A stretch of 42,059 nt of DNA from an uncultured archaeon (GCA_964476825.1 CAYZCD010000002.1:1-42059), one strand, 5' to 3'; positions 33,643 through 41,608 are shown, counted from the stretch's first letter. Notes: generated by a model not told the origin, from the letters alone. Numbers and translations: made by a program.

Positions 33643-34476
33643 TTATTCCCAAAATTCCTTGATTATTTCCTCGGATATCCGCGTTATAACGCGCTCCGGC
33701 ACGAAAATTTCCATCGAAATGGTCTTGTCATATTTTATTCTTTTTAATTCTTTCACGGTCTTGCGGAAATCTATTGACGCGATTCCGATCGGCAGGTGTT
33801 CGTCCATTTTGCCGTGGTTGTCGTGCATATGTATGTGCTGTATGCGTTTACCGAATTTTTTGATGTGATTCGAAACAGATTTCATGCCTCCGCCGATGAA
33901 TGCATGACCGATGTCCAAGTTGACTGCTAAACCGTCAACTTCTGAAATTATTTTTTCAAAATCCCTGATCGATGACATTTCTGTCGTGTTTTCCAGCATC
34001 ACGGCCATCGAATCGCCGGCATAGTCCACGAGTTTCTTCATGTTTTCGATGTAATTTGACACAACTTCCTTAAGCAAGCCGCGGTCGGACAGCATCATGC
34101 TCTGGGAATGGGCGTGGAAAGTTATTTTTTGCACGTTAATTTTCTTTCCCGCGTCTATGATTTTTTTGCACTCTTCCAGCCAAGCGCTGCGCACGATTTC
34201 GTGCGGACTTCCCAGGTCTATCCACCACGCAGCGTGCCCGAGTGTGAACATGTTGTGTTTCTTAACCATCTTATTTATTTTACCGGCCATGTTCGCTATT
34301 ATTTTCGGCGACCCTTCCGGCTCCTCAATCCCGACTTCGACGAAATCAAAATTAAGAGACGCGATTTCCCGTATTTCCTGCATCAAGTCCAGTGAGGGGT
34401 TTGTAGTCGTGCCGAATTTCGGCAGGCCAGACTGATTTAAACGCGTCTTAGATACGTTTCTGTCTGTCTCTACCAT
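33643..34476 (-). CDS. xylose-isomerase-like TIM-barrel protein (sugar phosphate isomerase/epimerase family)
   Basis: Spacing of conserved His/Asp/Glu metal ligands: FHAH, MLENT, DIGHAF, HIHMHDN. Confidence 0.65.
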   Translation of the reverse strand: MVETDRNVSKTRLNQSGLPKFGTTTNPSLDLMQEIREIASLNFDFVEVGIEEPEGSPKIIANMAGKINKMVKKHNMFTLGHAAWWIDLGSPHEIVRSAWLEECKKIIDAGKKINVQKITFHAHSQSMMLSDRGLLKEVVSNYIENMKKLVDYAGDSMAVMLENTTEMSSIRDFEKIISEVDGLAVNLDIGHAFIGGGMKSVSNHIKKFGKRIQHIHMHDNHGKMDEHLPIGIASIDFRKTVKELKRIKYDKTISMEIFVPERVITRISEEIIKEFWE

Positions 34477-34522
34477 GGAATTAGTTCTCCTGAAGCCAAT
34501 TTAAATAGGAGTCGTGGATAAC

Positions 34523-34573
34523 AGACATAGATACTGTTGCTGACTGACTCACATCTATGATATGCGTCTAGTT
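34523..34573. repeat. expanded/degenerate hairpin family copy H7
   Basis: AGAC-ATAGAT ... ATCTAT-(GATATGC)-GTCT-AGTT. The arms resemble GAAGCATA..TATGCTTC-TAGTT but carry a 20-nt loop insertion. Six nt separate it from tRNA-Val(CAC). TATA-like AATTTAAATA at 34498-34507. Confidence 0.45.
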
Positions 34574-34579
34574 AAAAAC

Positions 34580-34693
34580 GGGTCCATTGTCTAACGGTAG
34601 GACGCCACCCTCACATGACCTTTTAAAAAGAGTGCTCAGCCAAAGAACGGTTTGGGATCGGTGGAGACGAGAGTTCAATTCTCTCTGGACCCA
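34580..34693 (+). tRNA. tRNA-Val (anticodon CAC) with canonical 43-nt intron
   Basis: Acceptor GGGTCCA/TGGACCC. BHB: CCACC|CTCA|CAT|GACC paired with GGTT|TGGG|ATC|GGTGG. Intron is 34616-34658. T arm GAGAG-TTCAATT-CTCTC, discriminator A. Confidence 0.85.
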
Positions 34694-34703
34694 CTAATAA
34701 ACT

Positions 34704-34735
34704 GAATCAGATTCTTTTTAGTATGAATCTGCTTC
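34704..34735. repeat. tRNA-associated hairpin family, copy H8 (inverted loop type)
   Basis: AACT-GAATCAGATTC / GAATCTGCTTC-TAGTT has 10 of 11 positions paired. Loop is TTTTTAGTAT. Begins 10 nt after tRNA-Val(CAC). Confidence 0.75.
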
Positions 34736-34747
34736 TAGTTATCGCCT

Positions 34748-34779
34748 GAAGCGAATGGTATTTAGCATCCATCTGTTTC
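34748..34779. repeat. tRNA-associated hairpin family, copy H9 (inverted loop type)
   Basis: CT-GAAGCGAATGG / CCATCTGTTTC-TAGCT has 8 Watson-Crick pairs, 2 G.T pairs and 1 mismatch. Loop is TATTTAGCAT. Confidence 0.65.
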
Positions 34780-34808
34780 TAGCTACAAATGCATGCCCAC
34801 TAAAAAAA

Positions 34809-35300
34809 TTATAACTTACTGGACAAGCTCATTTTCGACGAGGCTATTTCCTCGCCGGTTTCGGCATCGATAACTGTTGAAATTACGTTAAAGTTTTTCA
34901 GGAATATGTTAACCTGCCATGTCGGCCCGGTTTCGGCGCGCGCGTTCGTGGACGTACGTAAAACTGAAACCACGCGCGAAATGGATTCGTTCGGGGCTTT
35001 CGACAGGCACTTTTTCATGGCATCCTCCGGGTTCAATGAAGCTTTGTTTATTTTCAATGCCATTATTTCCGTGTCTTTCATGGGCGGCGACAGGCCGGAA
35101 AACTCCATGTTGTCCCCGGCTACGTTGAACGATGCTATCTCGTTCTTCTCCCGATTGTAGAAATTTACGACCGCAGAATTGGCCTTTGATTCCAGCGAGC
35201 CGGTAACAAGCATAACGGACGAAAAGAAATATTTTTCCTTGGCCAGCTCTGAGACCCGCCGGCTGGATTCTACAAGGCTTTTAATCTTTTGTATATCCAT
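34809..35300 (-). CDS. hypothetical protein (two PepSY-like repeats?)
   Basis: 163-aa ORF. The repeated ...ISTVIDAETGEEI-type ending suggests a PepSY-like fold, but this is weak. Confidence 0.45.
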   Translation of the reverse strand: MDIQKIKSLVESSRRVSELAKEKYFFSSVMLVTGSLESKANSAVVNFYNREKNEIASFNVAGDNMEFSGLSPPMKDTEIMALKINKASLNPEDAMKKCLSKAPNESISRVVSVLRTSTNARAETGPTWQVNIFLKNFNVISTVIDAETGEEIASSKMSLSSKL

Positions 35301-35340
35301 TTAGACCTACGAACTAATAATTCAAGCGTAGAAGATAAAT

Positions 35341-35371
35341 AAAGCAGACACAGTTGTTATGTGTCTGCTTT
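35341..35371. repeat. tRNA-associated hairpin family, copy H10
   Basis: AAAGCAGACACA / TGTGTCTGCTTT-GAGTT is 12 bp perfect with loop GTTGTTA. Confidence 0.7.
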
Positions 35372-35390
35372 GAGTTGCTCAAAGTAGGCT

Positions 35391-35421
35391 GAAGCATGTG
35401 CGTACGAATGGCACATGCTTC
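35391..35421. repeat. tRNA-associated hairpin family, copy H11
   Basis: CT-GAAGCATGTGC / GCACATGCTTC-CAGTT is 11 bp perfect with loop GTACGAATG. Five nt (AAAAC) separate it from tRNA-Val(TAC). Confidence 0.85.
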
Positions 35422-35431
35422 CAGTTAAAAC

Positions 35432-35504
35432 GGGCCTATGGTCTAGTGGTTAGGACGTCGCGTTTACACCGCGAAGACCGCCGGTTCGAATCCGGCTGGG
35501 CCCA
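35432..35504 (+). tRNA. tRNA-Val (anticodon TAC)
   Basis: Acceptor GGGCCTA/TGGGCCC, D stem GTCT/GGAC, anticodon stem TCGCG/CGCGA, loop TTTACAC, T arm GCCGG-TTCGAAT-CCGGC, discriminator A. No intron. Confidence 0.9.
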
Positions 35505-35513
35505 CTGTAACTA

Positions 35514-35545
35514 GAAACAGGCGCTATTTAGTATGCGCCTGTTTC
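35514..35545. repeat. tRNA-associated hairpin family, copy H12 (inverted orientation)
   Basis: AACTA-GAAACAGGCGC / GCGCCTGTTTC is 11 bp perfect with loop TATTTAGTAT. The TAGTT flank is on the minus strand and faces the 3' end of tRNA-Val(TAC). Confidence 0.85.
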
Positions 35546-35582
35546 GGCTTACCACTCGGCTGAAATAGATGAATAGCAGCTA

Positions 35583-35613
35583 GAAGCATATGCGTACAAA
35601 CAGCATATGCTTC
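35583..35613. repeat. tRNA-associated hairpin family, copy H13
   Basis: CTA-GAAGCATATGC / GCATATGCTTC-TAG-TT is 11 bp perfect, or 14 bp with the CTA/TAG flanks. Loop is GTACAAACA. Four nt separate it from tRNA-Ala. Confidence 0.85.
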
Positions 35614-35622
35614 TAGTTACGA

Positions 35623-35746
35623 GGGCCGGTAGATCAACGGTAGATCGCCACATTGGCATAAGCTTTTCCAAAAAGCTTAACCAAAAGAGGATGGTAAAGA
35701 CTTACCAAATTTGTGGAGGCTTCGGGTTCGAATCCCGACCGGTCCA
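35623..35746 (+). tRNA. tRNA-Ala (anticodon GGC) with canonical 52-nt intron
   Basis: Acceptor GGGCCGG/CCGGTCC with G3.T70. Anticodon stem CCACA/TGTGG, loop TTGGCA|intron 35659-35710|T. Central helix TTGG/CCAA with 3' bulge ATT. T arm TCGGG-TTCGAAT-CCCGA, discriminator A. Confidence 0.85.
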
Positions 35747-35793
35747 AATAAACAAAAATTAAACTGATAAAACTACGTTAACAATTCTAAATT

Positions 35794-35828
35794 GCCCGAT
35801 GAAGACACCCAATGGGCGAACTGAGGGC
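35794..35828 (+). ncRNA. candidate K-turn (C/D-box-like) mini RNA
   Basis: GCCC-g-ATGAAGA-CACCCAATGGGCGAA-CTGA-GGGC. It has a terminal 4-bp stem, a C-like box matching 6 of 7 positions of RUGAUGA, a D box CTGA, an inner CCC/GGG hairpin, and then a T7 run at 35833-35839. Confidence 0.3.
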
Positions 35829-35899
35829 GCCATTTTTTTGCGATTGCCGGCAAACAATGTTTTATTAAGAGTTTTGGATAAAAACTATTCAGTGGTTAA

Positions 35900-37075
35900 A
35901 TGGAAAGTTTTGCGGTTTTGCTTGTAGCTGCTGTGTTGTTCCTCGGGTTCCTGTTTTTGGGAACATACGCGATGGATGCCCAATACAACAGCGGGTTTTG
36001 GGGCGGACTTTTCGGCTCGCCTGCTAAAAAAGCTTCGGTGGTCAGGATTGATTTGACGTCATTCCCGCAATTTTTTATCGGGTTTACGAAAGAGGACAAA
36101 GCACGTGCCGTCAGTTACGATGATTTTGCGCTCGGGTCCGAATCGTCGATGAATATCAAAAATGTTTTGTCGCAGGACATATCAAACGGCCTGTTTTCCA
36201 ACAGCGGGCTTTCGTTAGATGTCAATCTTGAACAAGCCACAGTCAACGAGGCCGTTGGCGCAACATTAGCATTCGAAATTGCGGATACGAACAATTACGG
36301 CAACCTTGTGGTTGCATGGAACGGCAAAGAATATTATAATGACAAAGCCCCCACTGGCAAGATCTCGTTAAAACTACCGAAAGGGTCGCTGAAAAATGCA
36401 AATAAACTGGAAATAAAATCTACCGGCCCGGGCGCAAGGTTCTGGGCAGACTCCATATATTCGCTGAAAAACATTAAACTGGACGTGCTGACAGTTTCAA
36501 AGAGAACGCTTTTCTTTGATGTGTTTCCCGAGGAAATTTCAACGTGGAGTTCGGGCGTACTTAATTTCCGGCGCTCTGATTATTCGTCACAAAACGGCGT
36601 GATAAAAGCCTACGTGAATGGAAAATTAGTTTACAACAGATTTCCCAACGAGGCGGATAAAATAGAAATAGGCCCCAATGACATAAGGTCCGGAAGCAAT
36701 ACGGTAAGTTTGGAATCTTCAGGCGGAGCATTCAACCTAAAAAACGTTTTCATGAACATATTCTTATGGAAAAACAGGACATCCGGCATAACCAACTCTT
36801 TTGTCTTGGACGAAAGCGATGTGATGCTGTTAAATAAAACCGGATATAGCGGAGTCATAGACATAAGCCTGGGCGAGATCCTGAAAGCCGCTCCTTTGGA
36901 AATAAGATTTTCCGGGAACAGGACGGCCAAATCGATATTCATTACGGAATTGAAAGACCACGTTACCGCGACTTTTGGTGAAGACCAAGTTGTGGCGGGA
37001 AACAACACGATGACATTCGCAACTGACGGTTCAATGAGGATAGCTTCGGTTGACGTTTTCATCCAGGGTCGATAG
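35900..37075 (+). CDS. membrane-anchored secreted protein, unknown function
   Basis: 391 aa. N-terminal hydrophobic segment FAVLLVAAVLFLGFLFLG. Beta-rich ectodomain. Followed 2 nt later by the next ORF. Confidence 0.55.
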   Translation: MESFAVLLVAAVLFLGFLFLGTYAMDAQYNSGFWGGLFGSPAKKASVVRIDLTSFPQFFIGFTKEDKARAVSYDDFALGSESSMNIKNVLSQDISNGLFSNSGLSLDVNLEQATVNEAVGATLAFEIADTNNYGNLVVAWNGKEYYNDKAPTGKISLKLPKGSLKNANKLEIKSTGPGARFWADSIYSLKNIKLDVLTVSKRTLFFDVFPEEISTWSSGVLNFRRSDYSSQNGVIKAYVNGKLVYNRFPNEADKIEIGPNDIRSGSNTVSLESSGGAFNLKNVFMNIFLWKNRTSGITNSFVLDESDVMLLNKTGYSGVIDISLGEILKAAPLEIRFSGNRTAKSIFITELKDHVTATFGEDQVVAGNNTMTFATDGSMRIASVDVFIQGR

Positions 37076-37077
37076 AA

Positions 37078-38427
37078 TTGGTCACGAAAGAAGAGCTGAT
37101 AGAAAAATTCCGCGCGAAGCAGAACCCGGAAAACCGCACGGAACCCGCACCGGCAGAGAGCCCGTGGAAAAAAATTTTGTTCCATTTCGCGCTCACAGTG
37201 GTTTATTTCATAACCATTTCATATTTCAAGTTCTGGACGTTCGGGCTTTTCTGGATAATTATTTTTGTGCTGATAGGGCTGTGGATATTTTCATTGAATG
37301 TGCCCGGCGTCACGGAACTGGTCATGTGGTCGGTCATGATCGTGGTTCTGTTCGGCGGCGTGCTGTGGGTGTTTACATTAAGCCCGTGGCGTGCCACGAT
37401 AAGCACGCAGGTTAACGTTTTTATGACAGGCTTCAATAAAATTTCAGCTACCATAGACGATTACAAAGTCGGGCTTGATTGCATGTTCAACCCCGGGCTG
37501 GAAAGATGTTTAAAAACCCCGGAAGCCGGTACGACGCAAAGCTCGAGGAAAGGCCTGGAAATAACAACCCTATCCTCCGAGTCGTCGGTAAGTGTCGGCA
37601 AAACCGCAAGGCTGTTTGCCGCTATAAGAAACGACGGCGAATCCGACGCGACCGTGAGATCTGCGCGAATGTACGGCGGGGAAGGCAGGACGTTCATGAT
37701 GGCCAGCGCGCCAGTGTGTTCGGGATGCGCACTAGGCATAACGAATGAAAAAATAATCCCTAATTCCAGGCGGGATTTGACCGCGGACCTGATTATACCG
37801 TGTGAAAAAACATCCTCATTCCCATTCAGCTTGAACGTGGAATACGGGTACAAAGTTTCCGCATCAATGCCCGTCGATGTTTTGAACTCAAAAGAATACG
37901 ACAACAAAATCGCGTCGAAAGAAGTTTTCCTTTCACAGCCGTCAGCAAGTTCGTCGAGCGGGCCTGTCATAGCAAGCATAGTCATAGGCATTGAAGGATA
38001 CCAGCCGATAAAGGGCGGGACAAAAAACATACTGTTTGCAAAATTAACAAACCTCGGACCCGGTTCTTTCAAACTGGATAACGCAAAAGTTTCCGTGCAG
38101 CCGGAAACACAATTCAGCGTCAGCAACTGCAAAGCCAACGGGGCGGCGGTCGGAAAGGATATAACAAACCTGATCGATCCGTCGAACAGATATTATTCGA
38201 CGGAAAAATTTGTTTCGCTTAGCTGCGATATGAATGTCTCAGATGTGGACGGCCAAAAAAGATTTGTCGCAACCGTTGATGCGGAATACCTTTACAACAC
38301 TACAAAGACTTCAGAGATGAGCGTGGACCCGGCCGGCTATGAAGATTGCAGCTCGTCATCAAAAACTACGGCAAGTTCGACAACAACTTCTACAACGTTG
38401 CCTCTTTCTGTGCCGCCAACGCCGTAA
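37078..38427 (+). CDS. polytopic membrane protein with CARDB-like ectodomains and a Ser/Thr-rich tail
   Basis: TTG start. Three or four TM helices, then LFAAIRNDGESDATV and LFAKLTNLGPGSFKL strand motifs. C-terminus is SSSSKTTASSTTTSTTLPLSVPPTP. Confidence 0.55.
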   Translation: MVTKEELIEKFRAKQNPENRTEPAPAESPWKKILFHFALTVVYFITISYFKFWTFGLFWIIIFVLIGLWIFSLNVPGVTELVMWSVMIVVLFGGVLWVFTLSPWRATISTQVNVFMTGFNKISATIDDYKVGLDCMFNPGLERCLKTPEAGTTQSSRKGLEITTLSSESSVSVGKTARLFAAIRNDGESDATVRSARMYGGEGRTFMMASAPVCSGCALGITNEKIIPNSRRDLTADLIIPCEKTSSFPFSLNVEYGYKVSASMPVDVLNSKEYDNKIASKEVFLSQPSASSSSGPVIASIVIGIEGYQPIKGGTKNILFAKLTNLGPGSFKLDNAKVSVQPETQFSVSNCKANGAAVGKDITNLIDPSNRYYSTEKFVSLSCDMNVSDVDGQKRFVATVDAEYLYNTTKTSEMSVDPAGYEDCSSSSKTTASSTTTSTTLPLSVPPTP

Positions 38428-38438
38428 CTATGACTGGC

Positions 38439-38472
38439 CTGAAACATACGCTAGACAGTTAGAAGCATACCG
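38439..38472. repeat. hairpin-family arm fragments (no complementary arms)
   Basis: CT-GAAACATACG-CTAGACAGTTA-GAAGCATACCG contains two 5'-arm-like units. The second is identical to the H1 arm. Located between convergent genes. Confidence 0.4.
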
Positions 38473-38477
38473 GAGAG

Positions 38478-39278
38478 TTACGCCAACACGGACAATCTCA
38501 ACGTGTCGCGCAAACCGGGCGCTAGACCAAGGACGAGCACAAGTATTTTGAAGAACGTCCTGAGATTCTTGTCACGGATTTCATTGTCAAAAGAATAAAG
38601 CACGAAACCTATTACCAACAGTTTTAACGGGTACATCACAATTGGCCCGAACATTCCCATCAAAAACGTCGGAAGGAAATGCTGCTCCCTGTAGCCGAAA
38701 AAAGCTATGGAAACGAACGTCGAAGATGCGTCGAGCATGTGGGCGGCCAGCACAGAAATGTTTTCATTTGTCAATATCTTTGGAAGCATTTTGCGGACGG
38801 AATATACAACGGACGTGGAAATTGCGAAGCCCAGCACAATGTAAGCCAAACCCTGTACGTTTTGCGCCCTGGAAAGGATGAATAATATTATCAGCGAAGA
38901 GGGCGCCAGCGTTATGGCCGTCAGGATTTTCCAATATTTTATTTTCCAATGTTTCTGTACAAACAGTGAAAACGGCAGCAGAACCAGAAACAAGACGTAC
39001 ATTATACCCTGTATCAAGGGCGTCACGAGAAAGCTGCTTACAATTATTTTCATGTCGTCCAGCACGTGCATACTGGCCGCAAATACAGCAAACGATGAGA
39101 AGGATAAAGCGAACTTCGCGTCCATGTCCACCTTATTTTTGAGCAATTTTACGTATACGATGTAAGTCCCGATGAAAAGAAGCGTGGCATATGTAACCGT
39201 GTTTATTACATTATATTCCCCAGTCCGGTTGGCCAGAGGATAAATGAAATACGTGCCGACGATGTCCCCGAAGTCCAT
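38478..39278 (-). CDS. polytopic membrane protein (DUF63-like)
   Basis: 266 aa with about 7 hydrophobic helices. The resemblance to archaeal DUF63 proteins is from memory only. Confidence 0.5.
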   Translation of the reverse strand: MDFGDIVGTYFIYPLANRTGEYNVINTVTYATLLFIGTYIVYVKLLKNKVDMDAKFALSFSSFAVFAASMHVLDDMKIIVSSFLVTPLIQGIMYVLFLVLLPFSLFVQKHWKIKYWKILTAITLAPSSLIILFILSRAQNVQGLAYIVLGFAISTSVVYSVRKMLPKILTNENISVLAAHMLDASSTFVSIAFFGYREQHFLPTFLMGMFGPIVMYPLKLLVIGFVLYSFDNEIRDKNLRTFFKILVLVLGLAPGLRDTLRLSVLA

Positions 39279-39307
39279 AATTTATATTTCGAACTCAAAG
39301 TTATATC

Positions 39308-40171
39308 ATGAAATTCGGATTAATCCTGTCGCTGATTGCTATCACGGTCATAGTATCCGGCTGTACGGACTCGAACAACGGCGGGCAGCCGACGACAAAA
39401 AACAATGAAATCGTAATACTCGAAAACGTTGAGGCTGTACCGAACGAAATAAAACCCGAAAGAAATTTCGCGGTCAGCGGATTCGCTACGAATAAGGCCA
39501 TATCCAAAACGGGCAACGTGCAAATTTCGCTTGCGGATTATTGTTCGTCGGTTTTTGACGCCAGCAAGACGTCGTGCGCGTTGACGCAGTCAAACGGATA
39601 TTCCCCGTGCGTTTTTGACCTCAACCTGGACGCGAGCAAAAAATTCCAGTGGGATTTCAAGGCTCCGCCCGCGAGCCGCACAGCCGGACAGAATTTTGAT
39701 TGCAACATAATTGTCAAGACAAATTACTCTTACACTAGCCACGGTTCTGCGGGTGTGATACTGGCCAATGATGCGGAGATAGCTTCGCGCGAAAACGGGC
39801 CCGTGCCGGTAACTGGCGACGGGCCGGTTAAAATTTACATCACGATAGATTCTTCGCAGCCGATAGGCAAAGGCGAAACATTCGATGTCAAAATGATTTT
39901 AAAAAACGAAGGTGAAGGCGAGCTCGAGGGCGCAATATTAAAAGGAAATTTCAAGTATGCGGCTCCGCAGGACTTTGCGGGAGTTTGCGACATACCTCAA
40001 GAAATAATCATGACAAAAACTTCAAAAGAATCCGACCCGATCTATTGCACTTTCACTACACCGAACTTGCTACCGCCGCGCGTGACAAAATACATAACTG
40101 CCGATGTCGGATATTCATACAAATTTACAACCACATTGCCCGTGAAACTGCAGGTAACGAAGCAGTCTTAA
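39308..40171 (+). CDS. lipobox-type secreted CARDB-like protein
   Basis: MKFGLILSLIAITVIVSGCTD has a lipobox-like SGC. Strand motif DVKMILKNEGEGELEGA. Confidence 0.6.
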   Translation: MKFGLILSLIAITVIVSGCTDSNNGGQPTTKNNEIVILENVEAVPNEIKPERNFAVSGFATNKAISKTGNVQISLADYCSSVFDASKTSCALTQSNGYSPCVFDLNLDASKKFQWDFKAPPASRTAGQNFDCNIIVKTNYSYTSHGSAGVILANDAEIASRENGPVPVTGDGPVKIYITIDSSQPIGKGETFDVKMILKNEGEGELEGAILKGNFKYAAPQDFAGVCDIPQEIIMTKTSKESDPIYCTFTTPNLLPPRVTKYITADVGYSYKFTTTLPVKLQVTKQS

Positions 40172-40225
40172 GGTTTAAATAAGTAAGAGCGGAATCATTA
40201 TAATACGGATAATTTGGTGCAATAA

Positions 40226-41608
40226 ATGAAATTAGCTATACTTGGTATTGTTTTGGCTGTGATAGTTTCCGGGTGTACAGGCGCGGGCGATTCGGGCGGC
40301 ACCAGCACGGGCGGTTCGGTTGCTATAAAATCATTCTCTGCTGATGAGACGAGTTTACAGGGAAATGACAGGACAACTCTTTCGACGGAAATTGTAAACA
40401 CTGGAGACTCAAAAGCCACTTCGGTGAAAATACAATTGCTTGATCTTGATACTGCATGCGCGACGTCATCGTGCGAATCAACCGATACCCAGTGGGGAAT
40501 GTCAAGCGGAAAAATCAGCGATACTGTCGCGGATTTGAGGATAAACACGCCGGGCGAAGAGGCGATACCGAAACAATACAACTGGCGCGTGCAGGCTCCG
40601 AAATTGCCGGCCAATTTGCCGCAAACATACCAAGCTAAAGCCAGAGTCTCGTTTGGATATTCCACAACAGCTTTAAAACAGATAAAAATTGTCACACTAA
40701 GCGAATACCAGAGGTTAAAAACGAACGGACAAACGCTGCCTGTTACAACGTCGCAGCCGTCGAACGGGCCTTTGAAAATTGACGTGAGGGTAAATGAACC
40801 GGTCAGAATTGAAGACGCTTCCACGAGTTTCATACTTGTCATTGAAGTAACAAACTTGGCTGGCGGGACCACGTTCCTCGCGGACAATCCCAACGATGTG
40901 TCGAAATGGAATTTAGCCAACCTGAAATTGACTTTGCCGTCGGGGTTAGCCATGGTCGATACGAGCGGCGATTGCGCAGCTGTTACGAACAGCGTTACGA
41001 TTGAACTTTCCAAAGGAAAGATGTACAAAATGGCTTGCGAAGTCAAGACCACAGCAAACATACCCGTTTCCGTGGACAAGACAGTTAATGTTAAAGCTGA
41101 TTACGGGTATTTCGTTGATTTGAGCCTTGCAACTCCGATAACAGTCACAGGAAAAGCCAATTATGTCGCGCCTTCCGGCGGCGGCGCACCGGGGCAAACC
41201 GGCGGATCGTCTGGGCAACCTCCTGCACCGTCGTCGGGTGGTGCCGGGTCGGACAACGAGGCTCCGGCTGCAGTAGCAAGCACAACATTCACCGTAACGG
41301 GGCAAAAAGACCCGAACACTGCAGGCCAGTTCCTGCTTACGGGACAGTTCTTCCAGCCGTCGGACAACAAGGGAGTCACAGCTTTCGATATTATTGTGGA
41401 CAAAACACAGCCTACAGCAGATTGCGGCAACTGCGCAAGCTTAGCAAGGATAACCGCGCCAGCCACCAAGAATACTGGCGATTTGATAACATTCGGGCCC
41501 GTTTCACTTGACCAGCAATCGACATATTACGTCGTTGTCCGCGCAAAAGACGCCGCGGGCAACATAGGACCTGTGGTATCCAAGTCCATACAAACTGGAC
41601 AATATTAA
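40226..41608 (+). CDS. lipobox-type secreted CARDB-like protein, paralog of 39308..40171
   Basis: MKLAILGIVLAVIVSGCTG. Strand motifs LSTEIVNTGDSKATSVKIQLLD and LVIEVTNLAGG. Gly/Ser/Pro linker GGGAPGQTGGSSGQPPAPSSGGAGS followed by a C-terminal beta domain. Confidence 0.65.
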   Translation: MKLAILGIVLAVIVSGCTGAGDSGGTSTGGSVAIKSFSADETSLQGNDRTTLSTEIVNTGDSKATSVKIQLLDLDTACATSSCESTDTQWGMSSGKISDTVADLRINTPGEEAIPKQYNWRVQAPKLPANLPQTYQAKARVSFGYSTTALKQIKIVTLSEYQRLKTNGQTLPVTTSQPSNGPLKIDVRVNEPVRIEDASTSFILVIEVTNLAGGTTFLADNPNDVSKWNLANLKLTLPSGLAMVDTSGDCAAVTNSVTIELSKGKMYKMACEVKTTANIPVSVDKTVNVKADYGYFVDLSLATPITVTGKANYVAPSGGGAPGQTGGSSGQPPAPSSGGAGSDNEAPAAVASTTFTVTGQKDPNTAGQFLLTGQFFQPSDNKGVTAFDIIVDKTQPTADCGNCASLARITAPATKNTGDLITFGPVSLDQQSTYYVVVRAKDAAGNIGPVVSKSIQTGQY

